A stretch of 53,232 nt of DNA from Thermoleophilia bacterium (GTDB lineage Bacteria > Actinomycetota > Thermoleophilia > RBG-16-64-13), in NCBI GenBank assembly GCA_017882525.1, contig JADGPI010000015.1, forward strand, positions 1-53,232. The letters are read 5' to 3'. Position numbers and translations under genes: made by a program. The notes below the pieces were generated by a model. The model saw nothing but the letters and a program-made list of their open reading frames with translations, ran no database searches and had not been told where the DNA came from. Of this stretch, positions 43,605 to 51,180 are shown one piece after another; positions within the stretch are counted from its first letter, which is position 1; every line of letters begins with the position of its first letter.

Positions 43605-43895
43605 TCAAGACTCCCGTTCGGCCTCGCGGATACGTTCGCGAGCCTCGCCGTGGTGGCCCGCGGCCGCAGCCTCGAAGTCGGCCATATCGACTCCGGCAGC
43701 TCGGACCAGGGCATGCAGCAGCCCGGTGGCGACGACTGGGTGCTCGGGAATCGTCAGAGTGACGTTGTTCTGCTCGAATGCCCCGGGAGGCCCGATCATG
43801 ATCACGTGGCTGCCGTGCTGCCGAGCGACTTTCCAGCCAAGGTGCTCGAAAGCCCTCACGACTTCACGGCCGCTCATCACCGGCTGGTGCGGCAT
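43605..43895 (-). CDS. hicA: HicA-family (YcfA-like) toxin with C-terminal extension
   Basis: SGREVVRAFEHLGWKVARQHGSHVIM...TIPEH...GLLHALVRAAGV follows the HicA dsRBD-like pattern, including the GSH histidine. About 30 extra acidic/Ala-rich residues follow. Confidence 0.7.
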   Translation of the reverse strand: MPHQPVMSGREVVRAFEHLGWKVARQHGSHVIMIGPPGAFEQNNVTLTIPEHPVVATGLLHALVRAAGVDMADFEAAAAGHHGEARERIREAERES

Positions 43896-43942
43896 GCCTT
43901 ACGGTGCCGACGGACCTGGCGCTGGCTGATCTTCCGCTCGCG

Positions 43943-44191
43943 TCATGAGTCTTCTCCGTCCACCTCGAGGAGCACGACTTCTCGCCCGACCAGTACCACC
44001 GGGTCGATTTCCACAGAGGGCAACATCCCGCACTCCGCTCTGACCGCCAAACAGCCGCTCAGTACGGCCTCCAGGTTCGCCAAGGCGGCTTCACGAGATG
44101 GCCCCTGGCTCATGCAGCCTGGAATGCCTGGGCATTCCGCGACCCATATGCCGCTCTCGTCGAGGTAGACTATGGCAGGAAACGCGCTCAC
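43943..44191 (-). CDS. hicB: HicB-like (UPF0150) antitoxin, N-terminal domain only
   Basis: GTG start after GGAGGGAGAA. IVYLDESGIWVAECPGIPGCMSQGPSREAALANLEAVL matches the HicB/UPF0150 core. No RHH/HTH domain follows. Confidence 0.7.
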   Translation of the reverse strand: MSAFPAIVYLDESGIWVAECPGIPGCMSQGPSREAALANLEAVLSGCLAVRAECGMLPSVEIDPVVLVGREVVLLEVDGEDS

Positions 44192-44455
44192 TTCTCCCTC
44201 CGCACGAATGACGTTCTAAGTACGATGACGGCCACTAGGGCGACCAGCACAGTGACCATCCACCCGGCTCCGACGTACCGGCCGAGTGGTGACTCGGGCG
44301 TGCGACCACGGCGATCCGGGAGACTCCTCGAGTCTACCACCGCGACCGGACACGAGCCGTTCGCCCGAATGCCCGTGCGCGGTAACATAGCGCCAGGAAA
44401 CGGGGAAAGGAGCCCGGCGTGAGCTCGAGAGCGTTTGGCCGCCGAGACCGGCACG

Positions 44456-45349
44456 ATGCCTGAGATCCCCGACCTGGAGGTCTATCTGGGGGCCCTTTGT
44501 TCTCGCATCCTAGGGCAGGAGTTGCGGAGGGTGAGGCTGGGCAATCCCTTCGTGCTGCGCACTGTTGTCCCGCCCCTCGACGCGGCAAATGGGCGGCGTG
44601 TGGAGGGGCTCGAGCGGCTCGGAAAGCGGCTGGTGGTGGCTCTTGAGGGGGATCTCTTCCTTGTGATCCACCTGATGATTGCCGGGCGCTTGCATTGGAA
44701 GCCAAGCGGAGCAGCCATCCCAAGAGGATCCGGACTCGCGGCCTTCGATTTCGGAACCGGCACGCTTCTGCTGACTGAAGCAGGGAAGACACGACGTGCT
44801 TCCCTGCATCTCGTGTGCGGCAGAGACACGCTCGCCACGATGGATCCGGGCGGGCTCGAGATCCTCACGGCCGACCTTGGAAAGTTTCGGGAGGTGCTCG
44901 CCCGTCAGAACCGGACGCTCAAGCGCGCTTTGACAGACCCGCATATCCTTGCCGGGATAGGAAACGCATACTCCGACGAGATACTCCACCGGGCTAGGCT
45001 CTCGCCGTTCAAACTGACCGGCTCTCTTAGCGAGGAAGAATCGGCCCGGCTGTATGATGCCGCCCGGGCGGTTCTCACCGAGTGGACCGAGAGGCTTCGG
45101 GCCGAGGTGGGGGAGGGCTTCCCCGACAAAGTGACCGCGTTCCGGCCTGAAATGGCGGTGCACGGACGTCATCGTCTGCCTTGCCCGATCTGTGGCGCGC
45201 CGATCCAGCGTATCGCTTACGCCCAAAACGAGTGTGACTACTGTCCGGGTTGCCAGACAGGAGGGCGTGTCTTCGCCGACCGTGCGCTGTCGCGGCTGCT
45301 AAAAGAAGACTGGCCCAAAACGTTGCAGGATTTAGAGCGGGAAGAGTAA
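44456..45349 (+). CDS. mutM: Formamidopyrimidine-DNA glycosylase / endonuclease VIII family (Fpg/Nei)
   Basis: The N-terminus MPEIPDLE has catalytic Pro2/Glu3. The H2TH block is GIGNAYSDEILHRARL and the C-terminal zinc finger is CPICGAPIQ...CDYCPGCQ. Confidence 0.85.
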   Translation: MPEIPDLEVYLGALCSRILGQELRRVRLGNPFVLRTVVPPLDAANGRRVEGLERLGKRLVVALEGDLFLVIHLMIAGRLHWKPSGAAIPRGSGLAAFDFGTGTLLLTEAGKTRRASLHLVCGRDTLATMDPGGLEILTADLGKFREVLARQNRTLKRALTDPHILAGIGNAYSDEILHRARLSPFKLTGSLSEEESARLYDAARAVLTEWTERLRAEVGEGFPDKVTAFRPEMAVHGRHRLPCPICGAPIQRIAYAQNECDYCPGCQTGGRVFADRALSRLLKEDWPKTLQDLEREE

Positions 45350-45510
45350 AATTCTAATCAAGCGTTTGAAAGGAGGTGGTCCAAATAGACAATTTGCCCA
45401 GTAAGCGCAGCGGCCATAGGACCGGAGGTGGCGCTCGCCTTTAGTCGTTGGATCCCCGACGCACGCCTTCCCACGGCGCCTTCGGGGTCGCAGCGCTAAC
45501 GTAGAGCTTT

Positions 45511-45547
45511 GGAGGCCGTCTGGAAACAGGCGGCCTCCGGCGTTTTG
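45511..45547 (+). terminator. Strong hairpin with GAAA tetraloop followed by GGCGTTTT (terminator-like)
   Basis: GGAGGCCGTCTG (45511-45522) pairs with CAGGCGGCCTCC (45527-45538), with one G-U pair and loop GAAA, followed by GGCGTTTTG. It lies about 160 nt downstream of the Fpg/Nei stop. Confidence 0.5.
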
Positions 45548-45753
45548 GAGACTTCTCGTTGTCACGGACCCGTTCCCCGACTGCAGGTGACGCCATGGCG
45601 CTTCAGACCTGGCGCTTATCGCCCCCGATGCAACCGCGGGGTGGCAGGCTAATGTATAATGAAACATGGCTGGGTCGTGCTCTCTGTGGGGCCGCGCGCG
45701 ATGCCGAGCCACCTGCCACCCACCCGTTCGCCCCCCGCTAGACAACACGACGG

Positions 45754-47151
45754 ATGGGTTCCATGAATTCCCGTGAGCCACGCCTTTTCTTGATCAATCC
45801 GTCCAATCCCTTCGTCAGCATGGCCAAGACCAGTGGCAGCCGCTGGAACCGCTATCGGGCATGGAAGCCGCTGAGCCTCATGGTGCTTGCCGGACTGACC
45901 CCGGCCGAGTGGCAGATCACCATCATCGACGAGAACCTCGGCGTGCCCGACTATGACACGATGCCGCTGCCGGATCTGGTGGGGGTGACTGCCTTCACCT
46001 CGCAGGCGAACCGAGCCTACGAGGTAGCCGCTCGGTATCGCAACCTTGGCGTGCCGGTTGTCATGGGTGGCATCCACGCCAGCATGTGCGCTGAGGAAGT
46101 CGCCGGGCGTGTCGACTCGATAGTCACCGGAGAGGCGGAGGGCGTGTGGGCTGAGGTCCTCGCGAACGCCCGTGACGGGAGGCTCAAGCCTCTGTACGAA
46201 GGGGGACTCGCGGAGACCAAGGACGTTCCGTTAGCACGCCACGATCTGCTCCCCGACACGTACGCCTTTGGGGCGATCCAGACTACGCGTGGCTGCCAGC
46301 TCAACTGTAGCTTCTGCAGCGTTACGGCCTTCAACGGTTCCCGCTACCGTCAGCGGCCCATCGCCGATGTCGTGCGAGAATTCCGGTCTATCCCCGAGAA
46401 GCGCATCCTCGTGGTGGACGACAATCTGATCGGCACTGGGGCCAAACAGGTTGCTCGTGCCAAGGAGCTTTTCCGTGCCCTCGCCAAGGCCGACCTGGGC
46501 AAGCAGTGGGTCGCGCAGGTCACCATCAACTTCGGCGACGACGAGGAGTTGTTGCAGCTGGCCAGAGCTGCTGGAGCCATAGGAGTCTTCATCGGCTTCG
46601 AATCCCCCACAGCGGAAGGCCTGGCTGAAGTGGGTAAGAAGTTCAACCTGATGAAGAACCGGGACTTCCCGGCTTCCGTTCGCCGGATACAGAAGCACGG
46701 CATCATGGTGGTGGGCTCCTTCATTATCGGGCTAGACGTTGACGGGCCCGGGATCGGTAAGCTCGTCGCGGGCACGGCGGCTCGCTACGGCGTGGATAAC
46801 CTCAATGTCCTGTTCCTGACCCCGCTGCCCGGCACCCGTCTATGGGACCAGATGAAGGCCCAGGACCGCATACCCCTCCAGGCATATCCTCAGGACTGGA
46901 AGTACTACACGCTCACTTACCCGGTTGCCCGCTACCGGGGCCTCTCCTTAGGAGGGGCCATCGACGAGATGAACACCTGCAATGGCACCTACTATTCGGT
47001 GCTGCACATTCTGCGTCGGATGGGAGAGAACATGTCTCGCGGCCGGAACCCGTTCTACAGCCTGGTGATGAATCTCTCCTCTCGCCGGAACTCCCGGCTA
47101 TTCGGCAGGCTGTACACCAACTTCCAGCGGGTGGAGGGTGCCAGGTTCTAG
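45754..47151 (+). CDS. B12-binding domain-containing radical SAM protein (class B type)
   Basis: The N-terminal cobalamin-binding Rossmann block is LVGVTAFTSQANRAYEVAARYRNLGVPVVMGGIHAS, followed by the radical SAM motif TTRGCQLNCSFCSV. The start is ATG 45754 or 45763. Confidence 0.9.
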   Translation: MGSMNSREPRLFLINPSNPFVSMAKTSGSRWNRYRAWKPLSLMVLAGLTPAEWQITIIDENLGVPDYDTMPLPDLVGVTAFTSQANRAYEVAARYRNLGVPVVMGGIHASMCAEEVAGRVDSIVTGEAEGVWAEVLANARDGRLKPLYEGGLAETKDVPLARHDLLPDTYAFGAIQTTRGCQLNCSFCSVTAFNGSRYRQRPIADVVREFRSIPEKRILVVDDNLIGTGAKQVARAKELFRALAKADLGKQWVAQVTINFGDDEELLQLARAAGAIGVFIGFESPTAEGLAEVGKKFNLMKNRDFPASVRRIQKHGIMVVGSFIIGLDVDGPGIGKLVAGTAARYGVDNLNVLFLTPLPGTRLWDQMKAQDRIPLQAYPQDWKYYTLTYPVARYRGLSLGGAIDEMNTCNGTYYSVLHILRRMGENMSRGRNPFYSLVMNLSSRRNSRLFGRLYTNFQRVEGARF

Positions 47152-47219
47152 TCTGGTCGGGCGAGGACCATGCTCGGCTGGCTCAGGGCCGAGACGGACC
47201 GGGGTCCGGGCGCAAAGTC

Positions 47220-48128
47220 TCAGACCGATCGGCTTGGCCGCAACGCCATGAAGTCCGCGATCGCCTGGGCCATGTCTGCCGCCTCGAGCGCATACAATTC
47301 GCCGTTCTCCCGGGTGGCGACCGAGGGATCGCCGATGTAGCCGAGGGGGGACAGGTCTCGCCACCCGTGGTTGGCGGCCGCTCGGTTGAACTCTTCTATC
47401 GGGGGCAGCACCGGCTCCAGTTGTGCTATGTCGACGCTGGGGTCGAGGGTCTCGGGAAACCACCGCATGATGAGACTCGTCTCGCGCTCCTCCGCGTGGA
47501 CGCCCCAGTCGGAGCGCATCAGCCGCTTTCGGGCCGCTTTCGTTTCCGCCGATTCCGGGGCGCGGATCAAGGCGTCGTCGTCGAGAGGGATCGGATGGCG
47601 ATAGACCGATGTGTACGAAGGCTCGATGAAGTGCTGGATAAAGCCGCCCATGACCATCACGGCGTCCACTCCTTGGGCGCGGATGGCCTGGATGGCCTCG
47701 ACTACAGCTTGATTGTGCTCCGGCGCGCCGTGATGACTCAGGATGAACTGCCGCTTGAACCCCCATCCTGCATACTGGAGCAAGATCTCGGTGAGGATGC
47801 GCACCATCGTATCCGGAGCCACAGTCACTGTCCCAGGGAACATCCCGGTGGTTGGGTTCAGGCCGTAATAGTAGGGAGGCGCGACCACCGCTTCGACTCC
47901 CACTTTGGCTAGTTCCTCCCGGATGCGGGTGCACAGAAAGTGCGCTCCGTAGGTGTCAGTAGCCAGAGGTAGGTGCGGACCGTGCTGCTCGATGACAGCA
48001 ACGGGTACCAACATCGCGGTGCCGTTTTGAGCGGCTGCTTCCACGGCAGGCCACGACATGTCTGCGATGGTCCCGGCAAAAATGGAGTAGCCCTCCTTGC
48101 CGCGGTCAGTGCTCAAACAGTCCTCCAT
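47220..48128 (-). CDS. Creatininase-family amidohydrolase
   Basis: LVPVAVIEQHGPHLPLATD, FILSHHGAPEH and the HAEERETS-like metal-ligand blocks of the creatininase / MftE-type family are present. Confidence 0.85.
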   Translation of the reverse strand: MEDCLSTDRGKEGYSIFAGTIADMSWPAVEAAAQNGTAMLVPVAVIEQHGPHLPLATDTYGAHFLCTRIREELAKVGVEAVVAPPYYYGLNPTTGMFPGTVTVAPDTMVRILTEILLQYAGWGFKRQFILSHHGAPEHNQAVVEAIQAIRAQGVDAVMVMGGFIQHFIEPSYTSVYRHPIPLDDDALIRAPESAETKAARKRLMRSDWGVHAEERETSLIMRWFPETLDPSVDIAQLEPVLPPIEEFNRAAANHGWRDLSPLGYIGDPSVATRENGELYALEAADMAQAIADFMALRPSRSV

Positions 48129-48177
48129 GGTGATTCCGCTCTAGCCGGCTGTCTTCGGCGGGTGATCCTGGCCCTGC

Positions 48178-48642
48178 CTACGCCCCGAGCAGCGGGGCCA
48201 GCTGATCACACACCCATGAGACGAAAAGCGAGCACCGCTCAGTGGCTCCGGTCTCCTTGGCTCGCTTGTAGCTCTCTGGCGTGCTGATCTCGCAGCCGAG
48301 GAGGGTCGCACACGGAAGGGCTCCGAACTCATTCTCGAAGCCCCGCATCAGTACCTGCAAACGCTCGATGGTGGCGGGCACCACATCCGGGCCGTGGCCG
48401 GAGATCAGGTGATCGCGAAAACCGAGCGACAAGGCCGCTCCGGAGACCGCCCCGCAGATCTGCCCAGTGCGGGCGATGCCGCCCCCGAAATATCGCGCGA
48501 CTGTAACGAGCCCGGGCTCGGCCTCCATCATGAACAAGCTGAAGCGCAGGACCGCTTGCGCGCAGTTGAGACGACTGGGACCCGAGCCCCGGAATGCTTC
48601 CAAGGCGGCGTCCTTGGCTTGTGCAAGCTTGTCTTCGGTCAT
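48178..48642 (-). CDS. C_GCAxxG_C_C family protein
   Basis: GGAGG precedes ATG 48642. LNCAQAVL, ICGAVSGAAL, LPCATLLGC and ERCSLFVSWVC reproduce the family's eponymous Cys pattern. Confidence 0.8.
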   Translation of the reverse strand: MTEDKLAQAKDAALEAFRGSGPSRLNCAQAVLRFSLFMMEAEPGLVTVARYFGGGIARTGQICGAVSGAALSLGFRDHLISGHGPDVVPATIERLQVLMRGFENEFGALPCATLLGCEISTPESYKRAKETGATERCSLFVSWVCDQLAPLLGA

Positions 48643-48674
48643 TGAAGCCTCCTGGACCAAGTCGTGGGCTCTGT

Positions 48675-49394
48675 TCAGTCTTCTTGGGAGTCGCGGAGGG
48701 GCAGTTCGACGAGTTCGGCCGTACGTAAGACTGATGCTCTCACCGCCTCGCGGGCGGGGGAGCCTGGGTCTTTCAAGGAGATCTCGTTCCAGCTGAGCCC
48801 TATCACCTGGTGCCACACGAGCCAATCGAAGCGCCAGCCGGTCGTATCCTCGAGGGCGGCGCGCCATCCCTGGCCTGCCGCGTAGTCTTTTACGCGCTCG
48901 ACGTGTTGCTCCACCCGCTGGCGAAACATCCGTTCCTGTTCGAGAGACGGGTCCCATCCCTCGAGGACCCGGTCCTCGGCCGGCACCGGCTTGAGTCGAG
49001 CCATCGTCTCGGGGCTCCACTCCGGGGAACCCATGCGCAACGTCTCCGGATGCTTGAGCCAGAAAACGCAGGTCTCCCAACCTGCATCGATCACCCAAGG
49101 CGCGGATAGGTTCCACCGGGCCGTCCAGGCGGAGAGCGCCTCGTCAGCCCCCGAGGAGGTGCGACTGCGGCTGAGCTCGCCTACTTCCCAGAGGGCACGC
49201 ACGCTGTGTCTGGCGGGCGCAGGGCGCAGGCGGTTCGCCTCGGTCGGTGGTTGAAGGGGCCCGCTCCACGAAGGCAGCACCTGCTCCTTCAAGTCCTTGA
49301 GCACCGAGTTTGCTTCGCGCTGGACGGCGCGAAGGAACAGAAGGCGCGCCACGCCCACGCTGAGTTCCGACGATGATCCCTTTCTTTGCCCCAC
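48675..49394 (-). CDS. Trp-rich hypothetical protein with possible C-terminal HTH
   Basis: GTG start after GGGGAAGGAA. The 239-aa product has no family recognised. The C-terminal segment VIGLSWNEISLKD...AVRASVLRTAELV resembles LuxR/sigma-region-4-type HTH helices. Confidence 0.5.
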   Translation of the reverse strand: MGQRKGSSSELSVGVARLLFLRAVQREANSVLKDLKEQVLPSWSGPLQPPTEANRLRPAPARHSVRALWEVGELSRSRTSSGADEALSAWTARWNLSAPWVIDAGWETCVFWLKHPETLRMGSPEWSPETMARLKPVPAEDRVLEGWDPSLEQERMFRQRVEQHVERVKDYAAGQGWRAALEDTTGWRFDWLVWHQVIGLSWNEISLKDPGSPAREAVRASVLRTAELVELPLRDSQED

Positions 49395-49480
49395 GAGTTC
49401 CTTCCCCGACGCACCACGTGGCCACCCCAGTGATTCTAAAGGGTTTTCTGCGCGATGTCGCGCGCGGAACGGCGCGACGC

Positions 49481-49519
49481 CAGAAAACGCCCCGGCCGGG
49501 CCCCTTAGGGCCCGGCCGG
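49481..49519 (-). terminator. Intrinsic terminator after the Spy/CpxP-like gene
   Basis: On the minus strand a perfect 12-bp stem CCGGCCGGGCCC / GGGCCCGGCCGG (49492-49503 and 49508-49519) with a 4-nt loop is followed by GGCGTTTTCTGG. Confidence 0.65.
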
Positions 49520-49575
49520 CACAGAGAAGTGAGGGGTGCGATCGAGAGCGTGGAGGGACGCTCTGTCTGCTGAGA

Positions 49576-50118
49576 TTAGGTGGAGGTGGAGCCCGCCGTC
49601 GTCGTGGGGGTGCCTCCTCCGGTGCTGGGCGTGGTGGTGCCCGAGCCAGGAGTAGTCGATGTGGTTCCCAGGTACTTGTCGACGAGGGAACGGAGTTGAT
49701 CAGTGGTGCTCTTCAGAGTCTGCTCCGCTTGTTGCAGTGCCGCGCGTTGTTGTGTCGCCGCGGCCTGCAATTGGTCGAACGTCGCCTGATCCTGGGTGCT
49801 CATCTTGTCGCGAACGAGCTTCAGCATCGCGTCGCGTTGAGCCTGTTGATTCTGTTGCTGCTGCTGGAGCGCCTGTTTTTGTGCGTCGGTCAGGGGGGCC
49901 CTGTTGCCCAGTCTGTCACCGCGCCCGCGGCATTGCCCGCCCAGCCCTATCGGCTGATCAGTGGCGGAAGCGTTGGTCGAGGGAGTACCGGTGGATGGAA
50001 CAGTCGTGGTGTCGGTGGGATTTGAGCCCGTTGCCGCCCAAGCGACCGCGCCGACCGTGAGAGTCAAGATCACCGCTGCCACCGGGATCAGCCACTTCCG
50101 TCTCAAAACGTCTCTCAT
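49576..50118 (-). CDS. Secreted Gln-rich protein with LTxxQ motif (Spy/CpxP-like), Thr/Pro-rich ends
   Basis: It has a signal anchor, LTDAQKQALQQQQQ (the LTxxQ motif) within helical Gln-rich repeats, and Thr/Gly/Pro/Ser-rich low-complexity N- and C-terminal flanks. Confidence 0.5.
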   Translation of the reverse strand: MRDVLRRKWLIPVAAVILTLTVGAVAWAATGSNPTDTTTVPSTGTPSTNASATDQPIGLGGQCRGRGDRLGNRAPLTDAQKQALQQQQQNQQAQRDAMLKLVRDKMSTQDQATFDQLQAAATQQRAALQQAEQTLKSTTDQLRSLVDKYLGTTSTTPGSGTTTPSTGGGTPTTTAGSTST

Positions 50119-50258
50119 ACGTACCGCTACCTCCGGTTCGTCGCCTTTGCCGATATCCGTGCGCTAAGTGTGCCCCAGTGGGCGTAAGGTCCGCGTAAGT
50201 GGGCGGTTACGGAATGGAAACGAAAAGATGGGGACCGCGTTGGCGAGAGGCCGGCGAG

Positions 50259-51161
50259 CTAGCGGCCGCGTTTGGGTCTTTTTGAGGATGGTCGCGGGAG
50301 CTGTGTCGCTGGACTTGGCTTCCTCCGATGATCACCGTATGCCCGGGTGATCTCCGCGCCCAGTAGCAAGATCTGGCTCGAGTAGTACATCCAGATCATG
50401 ATCAGCACCAAGGAGCTGGCCGCTCCGAACACGGACTGCACGCTGGTTCTCCCTAAGTACAGGCCGATCAGATAGTTGCCGACGGTGAAGAACACAGCAG
50501 AGGTGGCGGCGCCTACGCAGGTCTCCCGCCATCCGATGCGCACGGCGGGGAGGCTGTGATAGACCGCGGCGACAAAGAACGCAGCCCCGAAGAGAGAGAC
50601 CATGACCGCTATGACCTGCACGAACGCCCCGGAAAAGGGGACACGATCCGAGAAGTAGCGCGTGAGCGCACTCGCGGCCGTGTTGGCCAGCAAGGCAACC
50701 AGTAGAAGGGCGCCCAGCCCAATCGCCGAGGCGATGTCGAGGGCTTTGCCGACCAGAAAACTCCTTACCCTCCGGGTGGAACCGGGGTTCACTCCCCAGA
50801 TAGCGTTGAGGGCCCCTCTTACCGACCCTACCAGTCGAGAGGCGCTCCATAGCAGCACGATCACCGCGAACGTTGTGGCAAGGGCCCCGCTATGAGAGTG
50901 ATACACGTTGGCGAGCAGGCTCTGGATGAACTGGGCTGCCTGGGTTCCCATGAGACCTTCAAGCTGATGGACGATCAGCCCGTCCGCGGCGTCCCGTCCA
51001 TAGAACAAACCCAGGATGGCGACCATGATGACCACCAGCGGGGCGAGGCTGAAGACGCTGTAGTAAGCGATGGCGGCCGAAAGACCTGATGCCCCATGCT
51101 CGAGCCAGCCGGTCAGGGCGTTTACCCAAATAGCCGCGAAAGATCTAAGCTTCCCGGCCAC
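50259..51161 (-). CDS. YihY/BrkB (virulence factor BrkB) family membrane protein
   Basis: GLSAAIAYYSVFSLAPLVVI and the six-helix layout with YSSQILLLGAEITRAY are typical of YihY. Confidence 0.85.
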   Translation of the reverse strand: MAGKLRSFAAIWVNALTGWLEHGASGLSAAIAYYSVFSLAPLVVIMVAILGLFYGRDAADGLIVHQLEGLMGTQAAQFIQSLLANVYHSHSGALATTFAVIVLLWSASRLVGSVRGALNAIWGVNPGSTRRVRSFLVGKALDIASAIGLGALLLVALLANTAASALTRYFSDRVPFSGAFVQVIAVMVSLFGAAFFVAAVYHSLPAVRIGWRETCVGAATSAVFFTVGNYLIGLYLGRTSVQSVFGAASSLVLIMIWMYYSSQILLLGAEITRAYGDHRRKPSPATQLPRPSSKRPKRGR

Positions 51162-51180
51162 GCCTACCCCTCTTGCGCGG

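Noticed and set aside
44188-44454. 88-aa minus-strand ORF ending in a hydrophobic 23-aa tail, overlapping the hicB start by 4 nt
   Set aside because: It occupies the divergent promoter region between hicB and the Fpg/Nei gene, and it overlaps the 5' extension of the Fpg/Nei ORF. The composition is Arg/Pro/Ser-rich and there is no convincing SD. I cannot exclude a short leader peptide from its last 23 codons.
45371-45441. Perfect AGGAGG at 45371-45376 downstream of the Fpg/Nei gene, suggesting a small gene
   Set aside because: No ATG/GTG/TTG lies at a workable 4-12 nt spacing. The only start (GTG 45376) overlaps the SD itself and opens a 22-codon frame of unremarkable composition.
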